Shown here piece after piece: positions 19,771 to 28,702 of a DNA stretch of 64,000 bases. Position 1 is the first letter of the stretch; each line of letters opens with the position of its first letter. The position numbers and the translations under genes were made by a program. The DNA comes from Caldisericia bacterium. Its GTDB lineage: Bacteria > Caldisericota > Caldisericia > JAAYUI01. The stretch covers positions 352,001 through 416,000 of the forward strand of contig OY771555.1 of the NCBI GenBank assembly GCA_963674785.1, in the 5' to 3' direction. Under the pieces are notes generated by a model, which did not search any database, was not told the origin of the DNA, and saw nothing but the letters and a program-made list of their open reading frames with translations.

Positions 19771-21708
19771 ATGAAAAAATATGTTGTAATATTAGTTGTG
19801 TTTTTGCTATTTTTTGGAGGTTGTTCAACAACTCCACATAAACCAGAATCGTCAAAAAATGATGATCAAAATATTCATACTTCTGATTCGGATAAAGAAA
19901 TTGATGAAATAAATATCTTTTTATCAGACAGATACATGTATCCAGGCACAGACCTTGAGGTTACAATAGAAAGCAAAGATGAGATTGAATGTGTATACTA
20001 TTACCCTATCTTTTCTGATACATCTGTTCGAAGACCATATTATATCAAAGACTTTGAAAGAAATCTCTCTATAACTACTACAATCCCTGGCAAAGACAAA
20101 CATGTTGTTCATTTCACGATACCAAGTGAGACTCTTTACACCCAAAGTTATGACTTGCCCATTGCAATAAAGTTTGTTGGACACAAAAAGACAAGGGGCG
20201 TAGTAGCTAAGTTTGATGTATTTGAGATTCCTGAAGTCTCATTTGAGTATGACAGATATAACTGGGAGAGCGAACAGACTATATATGTCGAACCAAAAAG
20301 AGACGTTATTGAAAGTGTTATGTACATTGATGAAGATGGTATCAAGCAATCGCTAAAAAAGGAAACAACAGATGGCAGGACTGTATTCAAGTTGGATACA
20401 AAACTTCCACCACCAGATTCACTCGGCGTACTCGAATTTAAAAGCGTGTTTGGTCTTACGAATTCCACCCAAATAAAAACATACAAAAGTGATGAGGAGC
20501 GAATGTATTTCCGTGCAAAAAAGGGAACAGAACTAGATGGTAAGATTACAAACAAATACTATATCTACTCAAATAATCTTGATTGTACTGATTTAAAAAT
20601 GGAATTTGAGATTCCAGTTTTTGAATTTGAGGATGAATATTTCTCCAGTCTGGTTGATGATGATGAAATAGTTGTACATGAGACAAAACCATCATCAAGT
20701 TATCTCTATTCAATTTCTCCAAATAATCGGTATTTTGTGTTTAACAGCTCATTGAATAAAGAAGTAACAGGAGATAAGATTTTTGAAGGCAGAAGCATAA
20801 AAGAAGTTTTTGTTGTAAACTCAACCATATACGATACACACACCTCTAAGTACAAATATTTCAATGATGGTTACTTTTACACAATGAATCCAAGGCATGA
20901 GGAAGGATCGTTAATATGGGATGATATGAATCGATTAACACCTCTCTATTGGAAATCAGATACTGAGCTTGTAATGGTTAAAACCATACCAGAAAACAGG
21001 TTTTGGTCAGAGTATGAGGAAAAAAATGATCCAAAGATAACAAATGGCTGGACTTTATCACCACCAAATCCAGAAATGAAGGTTATTTGTTTAAATGTAG
21101 AAGACCTTTCAATAACAGAGATTGATGACCATGAAGCTGTAAGACCAACAATCCAGGTCGCTGATCAAGTAACTGGCATTTCAAGCTGGTATGGCCCATA
21201 TGACGATTTTAAAACCAAATATTCTGACTATTTAGGGTGGAGTAATGTTCATGCGTATGCAATTAGTGACAAAACAGGTAAACATGTTTGGACTGCTGAA
21301 GATATATGTGAGAAGTTGGGAATACCCAAAGAAGATGCTCGAAACAGTTCAATTGTTGGCTATCTTGGTGCAACAATCTATCAGAATAGACCAAGAGCAA
21401 TTATTAGGACTTCTCACTTGGTATCCGAGCAAATATACCACTTGTTTGATCCTATCACAGGAGACATTGAAATAGTAAAAAGAGAAAAACTTCAATATGA
21501 TGATAAGAATCCTGAATATTTTTCTGGTGAGGTAATGGCGCTTCGTTCCTGCTCTTCCAACCCTAATACACCACCACTGATGATTATCGAAAACAAGCTG
21601 TTCAAATTGGATGGAAATGGTTCAATTGAACCATACTCAGATTACCCTATTATTCCAGACAATATGGATATATCTCATGCTGGTTACTTCGGTTTTTTCA
21701 TTAGATAA
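19771..21708 (+). CDS. Hypothetical lipoprotein
   Basis: Lipobox FGGC after a hydrophobic stretch; 645 aa. Confidence 0.75.
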   Translation: MKKYVVILVVFLLFFGGCSTTPHKPESSKNDDQNIHTSDSDKEIDEINIFLSDRYMYPGTDLEVTIESKDEIECVYYYPIFSDTSVRRPYYIKDFERNLSITTTIPGKDKHVVHFTIPSETLYTQSYDLPIAIKFVGHKKTRGVVAKFDVFEIPEVSFEYDRYNWESEQTIYVEPKRDVIESVMYIDEDGIKQSLKKETTDGRTVFKLDTKLPPPDSLGVLEFKSVFGLTNSTQIKTYKSDEERMYFRAKKGTELDGKITNKYYIYSNNLDCTDLKMEFEIPVFEFEDEYFSSLVDDDEIVVHETKPSSSYLYSISPNNRYFVFNSSLNKEVTGDKIFEGRSIKEVFVVNSTIYDTHTSKYKYFNDGYFYTMNPRHEEGSLIWDDMNRLTPLYWKSDTELVMVKTIPENRFWSEYEEKNDPKITNGWTLSPPNPEMKVICLNVEDLSITEIDDHEAVRPTIQVADQVTGISSWYGPYDDFKTKYSDYLGWSNVHAYAISDKTGKHVWTAEDICEKLGIPKEDARNSSIVGYLGATIYQNRPRAIIRTSHLVSEQIYHLFDPITGDIEIVKREKLQYDDKNPEYFSGEVMALRSCSSNPNTPPLMIIENKLFKLDGNGSIEPYSDYPIIPDNMDISHAGYFGFFIR

Positions 21709-21739
21709 GATTGTTATGATCTCGAAGGAGTATTATAAA

Positions 21740-22531
21740 ATGAACAAAATGCCAAAAATTATCGTAGTTCTTGTGGTACTGACCATTTTAATGGGATCAC
21801 TTAACGCATGTGGCAACCAAGATACAATACCTAACTCTGAAACAACCTTAAATAATCCGCTAGATATAACCGCTGGAAATGATAATTCAGTTGCGACAGG
21901 AGAAGACCGATTAAACATTGAGATATCAGATACTGTTTACCACATTAAAGACCAAAAAGAAGGATGGGATGATCCGATTTCTCTTGCTTTAGATCTTATT
22001 GAATTCATAGAAAATAATGATATTGAAGGTCTTAAGAGTTGTGTCAACCCTGAGTCAAAAGTGAGTGGCGAGCCCCCAGATGGATCGATATTAGGAAAGT
22101 ATCGCGGGTATATTGATAAAGATAGAATTCGAATAGACAAACAAAGAACTCTTGTAAAAACAGCGTATTTTGATGAATATGGTAAAGAAGTCGCTGAAAA
22201 TGAATATTGGCAAATGAGAGCTGATGAAGTTGACAAAATAATTAAAAACAATGATGACTATATCAAACTAACAACTGAATTAGAGTCACTGAAAAATATT
22301 GAACAAAACATTAAAAAGCAAGATGAAGTTATGAGGTTGGCCAGAGAGGAAGTAAGTAAACGTTTTCCTCCAGGTGTTGATATTTTTGAGGACAGATATT
22401 TTGTGTATGTGCTAAAATCTTTGGATGAACTCGAATACACTTGTCTAACAATAGAGATAGTTGAAACCAAAAATGGCTACTTTATCAAATCACCTTGGTT
22501 AAAGGAAGAATTCTTTGGGCCAGAAGTATGA
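21740..22531 (+). CDS. Hypothetical lipoprotein
   Basis: AAGGAG SD then ATG 21740; lipobox LNAC. Confidence 0.75.
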   Translation: MNKMPKIIVVLVVLTILMGSLNACGNQDTIPNSETTLNNPLDITAGNDNSVATGEDRLNIEISDTVYHIKDQKEGWDDPISLALDLIEFIENNDIEGLKSCVNPESKVSGEPPDGSILGKYRGYIDKDRIRIDKQRTLVKTAYFDEYGKEVAENEYWQMRADEVDKIIKNNDDYIKLTTELESLKNIEQNIKKQDEVMRLAREEVSKRFPPGVDIFEDRYFVYVLKSLDELEYTCLTIEIVETKNGYFIKSPWLKEEFFGPEV

Positions 22532-22570
22532 GAAAGATTTGAGTTGAAAACTAGCTACTAAGAAAGTTTG

Positions 22571-22613
22571 AAAAAAGAAGGAGGGATATTACCCAAAGGG
22601 CATTATCCCTCCT
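22571..22613 (-). terminator. Terminator between convergent units
   Basis: AGGAGGGATA...TATCCCTCCT stem with an adjacent A-tract on the + strand. Confidence 0.65.
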
Positions 22614-22622
22614 ATAGACTTT

Positions 22623-23309
22623 TTACGCCAAATAAAGCAAATATAACCCAACACAAACAATCAGAAGACCGAAGACAGTTCTAAGAATCTTTGAGGTTTT
22701 ACTGAGCCCCTTGTTATTGATGTATGCCTGCACAGAGCCTGCAGTCAAACCAACAAGGATGATTACTGTTGAATGACCAATCGAATAGATAAAGAAAAGG
22801 AACGAACCCCAGAGGACATTTCCAGCAGAACCTGTTCCAACTAGCGCAACAAGAATCACAAGCATTGGAGCTGCACATGGGGTTGATACAAGCCCAAAAA
22901 GAATACCAAGTATAAATGCACCAAGAAGCCCAGTCTGTGGTTTTTTCATGATATTTGGGACAGGGATGTTGAAAGACAAGACGTCAGCAAACATAAGTCC
23001 CATCAAAATGCAAACAACCGCCAGGAAATAATAAAGCCAGGCACCACCAATATTCAGACTTGAACCAATAAGGGCTGCAACCACACCAAGCATCGTAAAC
23101 GCAAGCACAAGCCCAAGCACAAAAACGAGTGTGAACAATATTGATTTTCTGTTGCTCTTTTGTTCACCTTGATAAGCTCCCGCAGCTCCCATCATAAGAG
23201 GGATCAAAGCAAGCACACAGGGGTTCGATGCGGTAAGAAGCCCTGCAAAGAAAACAACAAAAGGAGCATACCAAACAAATGACATCACAGTTTCAGTAAG
23301 TCCACCCAT
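22623..23309 (-). CDS. ccdA: CcdA/DsbD-like transmembrane disulfide interchange protein
   Basis: 6 TM segments; NPCVLALIP and STPCAAPML Cys motifs. Confidence 0.85.
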   Translation of the reverse strand: MGGLTETVMSFVWYAPFVVFFAGLLTASNPCVLALIPLMMGAAGAYQGEQKSNRKSILFTLVFVLGLVLAFTMLGVVAALIGSSLNIGGAWLYYFLAVVCILMGLMFADVLSFNIPVPNIMKKPQTGLLGAFILGILFGLVSTPCAAPMLVILVALVGTGSAGNVLWGSFLFFIYSIGHSTVIILVGLTAGSVQAYINNKGLSKTSKILRTVFGLLIVCVGLYLLYLA

Positions 23310-23311
23310 GA

Positions 23312-23710
23312 TTATTCCACCTCACATCCGACCGAGCTAAGCGTTTCTGTTATCCAAGCTCGAACCACCGGCACATCTTCCTCAGTTACGATCTTTCTTG
23401 TGATTTCAGTTCCCTCATCATCATAGATAATTATTGTTGGAATGATTGATATGCTGAAAAGAGTTTCTGTTTGGGGTGATTTGTCATATTTATGAATTGT
23501 AACTTTATCGCCAAAGTCAGTTTTCATTTCCTCAAATACAGGAACCAAAAGTTTACATGGAATGCAAACATTTGATCCAATTTCAACAACAGTGAATTCA
23601 CCGGCTTTAGGCATGACAATTTCTTGAGGTTTGTCTGCAAATTTTAAAACCATAATCCCAGTAACTGCGACTGCAACAATAATCAGAACAACTATCTTCC
23701 ATTTTTCCAT
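23312..23710 (-). CDS. Membrane-anchored thioredoxin family protein
   Basis: N-terminal TM; CIPC motif; cis-Pro 'IPT'. Confidence 0.85.
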   Translation of the reverse strand: MEKWKIVVLIIVAVAVTGIMVLKFADKPQEIVMPKAGEFTVVEIGSNVCIPCKLLVPVFEEMKTDFGDKVTIHKYDKSPQTETLFSISIIPTIIIYDDEGTEITRKIVTEEDVPVVRAWITETLSSVGCEVE

Positions 23711-23723
23711 CAGTAGCCCCTTT

Positions 23724-25250
23724 TCACTTTTTTAGGTTTTTCAAGGATATTGTTTTTGTCGAAGCTTCATACCCTACTTCACAGTTCATGTTTTCCGCGA
23801 TAAATCGAAGTGGGATGAGTGTTCTATCATCGACAATCACTGGTGCCACATTCTTGTCATCAGAGATATTCACAGATTTTCCATTTACAGTTGCTGTGGC
23901 TTTTCCGATGGTAACAACTATTTCTGTGTCCCCATAAGAGACTGTTATTTCTTTTGTGATACCATCCCAGGAAATCTCACCACCAAGAGGCTCAACAACA
24001 TATCTTGCTGGGAGGAAAGTTCTATCATGGAGGATGATTGGCTTTGTATCCATAGTAATCTTATATGAATCACGCCCATACTCGCTTTCACCGATTCGAT
24101 ATTCAAGTTGTTCTGGGGAATCCGCAAAGATTTTTAATTCATTATCATCTACAACAAAAATCCTGTTTGAAACGATAATTGTCTTATCAAGATCATAATC
24201 AAAGTTTTTCTTCCAAAAACTGTTGCCATCAGTTACATCAATACAAACCATATCATCAGACTCACATGTAACAGTCACAGATGTATCGGTAATCGATTCA
24301 ATCTCCATTTTGCCCTTTGGGATATTTGTGAACCACAACTCTTTTGCAGGTTTTATACAGCATGTCGCACCACAAAAAGTTGCATCAATACATTGAAGCT
24401 TGAAGTTTGTTGTTGTGCAAAATACATGTTTCTCATCTGCTGCGACACTTGTGATATCAGAGTATGTTTTAAACTTCCATCTTGGTGTGCCATCTGGATC
24501 AAAACCAAAAAGAGAGCTGCCCGAGGTCACATATATCTTATTATCAGCAATCACAATCGGATTGGTAATTACGTCTTCTGCTACAAAATCCCAAACCTTT
24601 GCACCAGATTTCAGATTTACACAATATACTTTTTTGTCATTTGACCCAAGGAATATCTTTTCATCCAAAACACTTGGGAGGCTTGTTATCTGTTTTCCGG
24701 TTTCAAAACTCCACTTTTCCTTTAGGGTCTTTTCATCAAGACAGACAAGCTTTCCATCTTTTGTTCCAAAGAAAACAAACCCATCTGAACAAATGGGTGC
24801 TGTTGTGATTCTTGAATCTGATTCAAACTCATCGACAACTTTTCCTGTTTCCATATCAATCTTTATCAAATCTTTATATGAAACTTGAAAAAGATTTTCA
24901 GAAGAAATGAAGGGTGGAAACTCAACCCTGGTAGACAGATCTGAAAGGCTCCATATCTCATCATTTGTTTTGGTGTCTATACAAAATAGTTTTCCGTCTT
25001 TTGTGGGGAAGATAAGTTTATTGTCAGCAAATACAGGATGGCAAACAATTTTTTCTTCATACTCTTTTGAAAAAAGGATCGAGGTATCAGAGGATGGAAG
25101 ACATTCATTCTTTGAGATTCCATTGTGACCAAGATTTCCGCCATATGTCACCCATGAACATGTTTCTTTTGCACTAACACCAGAAAATGACAAGGCTGCA
25201 AAAACCAAACTGATAATTACAAAAATAGCTAAAGTTTTATTTTTTTTCAT
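23724..25250 (-). CDS. Secreted PQQ-like propeller + stalk domain protein
   Basis: Signal peptide; PQQ blades; 'RTFLPARYVVEPLGG' and 'RTLIPLRFIAE'. Confidence 0.85.
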   Translation of the reverse strand: MKKNKTLAIFVIISLVFAALSFSGVSAKETCSWVTYGGNLGHNGISKNECLPSSDTSILFSKEYEEKIVCHPVFADNKLIFPTKDGKLFCIDTKTNDEIWSLSDLSTRVEFPPFISSENLFQVSYKDLIKIDMETGKVVDEFESDSRITTAPICSDGFVFFGTKDGKLVCLDEKTLKEKWSFETGKQITSLPSVLDEKIFLGSNDKKVYCVNLKSGAKVWDFVAEDVITNPIVIADNKIYVTSGSSLFGFDPDGTPRWKFKTYSDITSVAADEKHVFCTTTNFKLQCIDATFCGATCCIKPAKELWFTNIPKGKMEIESITDTSVTVTCESDDMVCIDVTDGNSFWKKNFDYDLDKTIIVSNRIFVVDDNELKIFADSPEQLEYRIGESEYGRDSYKITMDTKPIILHDRTFLPARYVVEPLGGEISWDGITKEITVSYGDTEIVVTIGKATATVNGKSVNISDDKNVAPVIVDDRTLIPLRFIAENMNCEVGYEASTKTISLKNLKK

Positions 25251-25253
25251 AGG

Positions 25254-25625
25254 TTACCTACACTCCTCAACAAGAGCAATAACCTCATCCTTTTCAACCT
25301 TGCCAACAAATCTGTATTTCTCAGACTTTGAGGTGTCGTAAAAAATGATTGTTGGTATAGCACCGATTCCAAATTCTTTGATTGCCTCTGGTTCTTCTTC
25401 GGTGCTGATTTTCACAATGTTTACTGTGTCGCCAATCTCGTCATCGACTTCAGCTAAAATCTTGTTCATCTCAATGCAGGCAACACAATCATCTCGCCCA
25501 ATTTTTACAACTGTTGGAATACCATCAACAAACATTTTCCTTACAGGTTCTGTTTCACCACCACAAGCTGAAACAAAAATAATGACGGCAAGTAGGACAA
25601 GAATAAATGACGTTATTTTTTTCAC
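25254..25625 (-). CDS. Thioredoxin family lipoprotein
   Basis: Lipobox VSAC; CVAC motif; 'IPTIIF'. Confidence 0.85.
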   Translation of the reverse strand: MKKITSFILVLLAVIIFVSACGGETEPVRKMFVDGIPTVVKIGRDDCVACIEMNKILAEVDDEIGDTVNIVKISTEEEPEAIKEFGIGAIPTIIFYDTSKSEKYRFVGKVEKDEVIALVEECR

Positions 25626-25864
25626 GACTGTTTCTCCTCAATAAACTTTATTATCTCAGGTATAGAGTTAATTTTTCCAGATGAGAGCACAACTCCATCA
25701 ATTGCAAACGCAGGTGTCATCATTACACCAAAACTCATGATCTCAGTTATTTCTGAGATTTTCACGATTTCTGCATCAATCCCAAGTTTGGCAACAGCCT
25801 CTTCTACATGCATTCTGAGCTTTTCACACTTTGGGCAACCTGTACCAAGTATCTGTAGTTTCAT
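25622..25864 (-). CDS. Small redox-active disulfide protein (MTH895-like thioredoxin)
   Basis: MKLQILGTGCPKC...GVMMTPA; AGGAG SD. Confidence 0.9.
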   Translation of the reverse strand: MKLQILGTGCPKCEKLRMHVEEAVAKLGIDAEIVKISEITEIMSFGVMMTPAFAIDGVVLSSGKINSIPEIIKFIEEKQS

Positions 25865-25875
25865 ATGTTTTCTCC

Positions 25876-27003
25876 TTAGATAACCATTCCAAATATCCAT
25901 CCAGCAAACGCTGAAAGGACTATTACAAGAGCAAAGAAAACAAGTGATTTCTTCGCTCCAAGAACTTTGTAAACAATCAACATCGAAGGAAGGGAAAGTG
26001 CAGGTCCCGCAAGAAGCATTGATAGAGCAGGCCCATCACCCATGCCTGACTTCATGAAACCTTCTACAATCGGGATTTCTGTGAGAGTTGCGAAGTACAT
26101 AAACGCACCAGAAATTGATGCTGCAAAATTTGATAGAATTGAGTTTCCTCCAACGGCAGTTTCAATCCATTCTTTTGGGATGATGTGGAATACGAAACCA
26201 GAAATCAAAACACCAAAGAAAAGAAGCGGTAAAATCTGTTTTGAAAGTGTCCAGACCTGATCCATCCAACCTGTAAGTTTGTTTTTATTCAGATACATCA
26301 CAGAGAACATGATTGTCAAAAGAACAAATCCACCAGCAAGCCACCATTTAATGTTGTATAAGAGTGCTCCAGCAGCACTGTTCCATGTTGCAAAAATAAG
26401 TACAAACACAAGGGAACCGAGGATGAGTCCGGATTTCCAGATTGGGAAATCTGAGCCGTCTGGAGGTACAATCTTGTTGATCCTTTTTTTGTCATCCTCA
26501 TGGAACGCTTTCTCCATGATGATTCCGATCACAATCGAGATGACAACTGCAGAAATAATTCTTGCAATACCAATCTGCCAACCTAGTGCCTTAAATGACA
26601 AAACCATTGCCAGGATATTTATTGCTGGCCCTGAGAAAAGGAAGGTTGTTGCAGGACCAATCCCCGCACCTGAGTTATAGATTCCTGCAAAAAGTGGAAG
26701 TACTGTGCATGAGCAAACAGCAAGAATTGACCCTGAAACAGATGCTGTAAGGTACGCCCAAAATCTTCCAAATGCACCTGACAAAACCTTTATGACAGAC
26801 GTGGTTGAGATCATGTTTGCAATACCACCAGCGATAAACAAGGCTGGGATAAGGCACGTCAAAACATGCTCTCTTGCGTATTCATTGAGCATATCAAATG
26901 ATGCTCCAACGGCATTCATGATGAGGTCAGTTTTGAGGTTTACATAATAGGCGAGAAGGAAAACTCCTAAAAAGATAAGTCCGGTTTTGATTTCTTTTTT
27001 CAT
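25876..27003 (-). CDS. ArsP/DUF318 family permease
   Basis: LAVCSCTVLPLF, FLFSGPAIN, YFATLTEIP and LLAGPALSLP motifs. Confidence 0.9.
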   Translation of the reverse strand: MKKEIKTGLIFLGVFLLAYYVNLKTDLIMNAVGASFDMLNEYAREHVLTCLIPALFIAGGIANMISTTSVIKVLSGAFGRFWAYLTASVSGSILAVCSCTVLPLFAGIYNSGAGIGPATTFLFSGPAINILAMVLSFKALGWQIGIARIISAVVISIVIGIIMEKAFHEDDKKRINKIVPPDGSDFPIWKSGLILGSLVFVLIFATWNSAAGALLYNIKWWLAGGFVLLTIMFSVMYLNKNKLTGWMDQVWTLSKQILPLLFFGVLISGFVFHIIPKEWIETAVGGNSILSNFAASISGAFMYFATLTEIPIVEGFMKSGMGDGPALSMLLAGPALSLPSMLIVYKVLGAKKSLVFFALVIVLSAFAGWIFGMVI

Positions 27004-27010
27004 TTTTTCA

Positions 27011-27316
27011 TCAGTTCCTAAAATGGTCAAGCAGACATCCGACACAGAGGAAAATACATTTCATATTCAATGTGTAGACGACTTCCTGACCTTTTTTTTC
27101 AAATGTCACAATTTTTCTAGACCTGAGAAGTGCAAGGTGTTGTGATGCACAAGTTGGTGTGCAGCCCATCAAGTCAGCAATCTGTGAAACTGTGTGTGAG
27201 CCGTGTGTGAGAATCTCAACTATTTTCAGACGCTTCTCAGATGACAACGCACCAAAGACCTCGCTTAGGTTTCTAACGTCTTCATCAGTCAATTTTATCT
27301 GATCTGTTATATTCAT
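27011..27316 (-). CDS. ArsR/SmtB family transcriptional repressor
   Basis: 'ALS..KRLKI...SQHLALLR'; C-terminal CxxxCxxC. Confidence 0.9.
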   Translation of the reverse strand: MNITDQIKLTDEDVRNLSEVFGALSSEKRLKIVEILTHGSHTVSQIADLMGCTPTCASQHLALLRSRKIVTFEKKGQEVVYTLNMKCIFLCVGCLLDHFRN

Positions 27317-27339
27317 ATATTCGTATATACGAATATATG
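27314..27339. promoter_or_regulatory. Putative ArsR operator (perfect 26-bp palindrome overlapping the start codon)
   Basis: CATATATTCGTATATACGAATATATG equals its own reverse complement. Confidence 0.75.
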
Positions 27340-27413
27340 CAGGTACTGCAATTAAAGCCCGGGGTTTATTGTGTTAAGCTTGACACTTTTTGGTCGACTA
27401 TGATTTTCCCTTT

Positions 27414-27680
27414 CGTCATTCCCAGATTTCATCCCTATGTCATTCCCGACTTGATAGGGAATCCCCTCCCCGTCATGCCGGGCGGTTGCTGAGCTTGTCG
27501 AAGCATGACCCGGCATCCAGAGATACTTTTGTGTCAGAAATTTTCTGTAGGTAATCTTTAGTGGAAGAAAGACAATTTCACCAGACAAAAATGAATTCGA
27601 TCATTTATGCCCTGGTTTCCAGCCTTCGCTGGAAAGACAATCAGGTCGTCTCCCGCACTTGATGCGGGACGGGAATGACG
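27414..27680. repeat. Cluster of CGTC-type REP hairpins with terminal inverted repeats (REPIN/MITE-like)
   Basis: CGTCATTCCC / GGGAATGACG termini; internal GTCATTCCCGACTTGATAGGGAATCC, GTCATGCCGGGC..TGACCCGGCATCC, CTGGTTTCCAGCCTTCGCTGGAAAGAC and TCCCGCACTTGATGCGGGA. Confidence 0.75.
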
Positions 27681-27720
27681 TAGGAGAACTAGGAATTATG
27701 GGCAACCTGAAGGAGTGGGA

Positions 27721-28098
27721 TTAAAGCGTCTTTGCCAAAAATATCCCACCAAACATAGCAGCATATCCAAGGCTGTTTTGAAGCAGAATATTCAATAATG
27801 CTTTTGAGATCTGGGCACCATTTGCAAGTTTTGTGGTCTCAAGGATGAGTGAAGAAAATGTTGTGAATGCACCCATAAATCCAACAAGGATGAATATTTT
27901 TGTATCTGCTGATATGTCCCATTTTCCATCAAACATCACCCACAAAAATCCGGCAATTGCACAACCAAGAATATTTACTGTGAATGTCCCCCATGGAAAA
28001 TTTCCATTTGTGAAACGCTCAAAAACCTGAACAAGACCGTATCTGCTTAGTGTGCCAACAGCCCCTGAAAGAGCCAATAACCCAATTTTTTGAATCAT
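27721..28098 (-). CDS. crcB: Fluoride efflux channel CrcB/Fluc
   Basis: GAVGTLSRY, PWGTFTVN and GFMGAFTTFSS motifs; riboswitch upstream. Confidence 0.95.
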   Translation of the reverse strand: MIQKIGLLALSGAVGTLSRYGLVQVFERFTNGNFPWGTFTVNILGCAIAGFLWVMFDGKWDISADTKIFILVGFMGAFTTFSSLILETTKLANGAQISKALLNILLQNSLGYAAMFGGIFLAKTL

Positions 28099-28127
28099 GT
28101 TTCTCAATATTCCTTTGCCTGTGTGTC

Positions 28128-28182
28128 TAGGAGTCATCAGCTTTTTAAAAAAGCGGTTTTCAGTTCGGGGAACTCCATCCCC
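28128..28182 (-). ncRNA. Fluoride riboswitch (crcB motif)
   Basis: GGGGATGGAGTTCCCC...AACCGC...GCTGATGACTCCTA directly upstream of crcB. Confidence 0.92.
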
Positions 28183-28314
28183 AAGTCCATCATCTAACTA
28201 CTCTATTATTCATGATTTTTCAAGAAAATTCCTTTGTTGTTCACTCACACATTTTTGGGATATTGGAATCCAAATACGTTTGTTTAATTTAAGGTTGAAA
28301 CATGGAACTTTGCA

Positions 28315-28702
28315 ATGATGATTTTGAAATATACTTGGGTTACAAATATCTATATCTTTCTAAGATACACTGTTTGCAAGCATTGTTACTATTTTGGGAA
28401 GATGTGTGGAATCGGCTGGGGTTTGCTTTCTGCCAAGTTGTTTAAAAAAGGAAATGATGAGGATTTCACTTCCAAAAAAAACCCTTACCAGCATTGCTGT
28501 AGCTTATATCCTTTTGACAGTCCCACCAATAATCATTCTTATATATCAGATGATAAAAGGTTTCCACATGACCCAGGTCTACACATTGATTACGTTTTTG
28601 GTCGCTGCGATTTTTAGCTTATTTGTTGAAAAAAGAACCCACTGTATGAAGTGCAAGATGAGGAAGTGTTGCCATGGCTGTGCAGTTCCACTAAAAAACT
28701 AA
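28315..28702 (+). pseudogene. Cys-rich small membrane protein split by a frameshift at A8 (28474..28481)
   Basis: One frame gives CKHCYYFGKMCGIGWGLLSAKLFKKG; the +1 frame gives 2 TMs and HCMKCKMRKCC; removing one A joins them. Confidence 0.6.

Noticed and set aside
19715-19773. Possible integron attC site (TAAC...GTTAAAT) between co-oriented hypothetical genes
   Set aside because: No RYYYAAC match, no paired L boxes, no similar sites at other junctions and no integrase
23312-25864. Selenocysteine recoding in the thioredoxins
   Set aside because: All CxxC motifs use Cys codons and there is no in-frame TGA
27380-27404. TTGACA...TATGAT promoter
   Set aside because: The 13-nt spacer is too short for sigma70
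27352-27588. 78-aa ORF
   Set aside because: Translation of the REP cluster with no credible start
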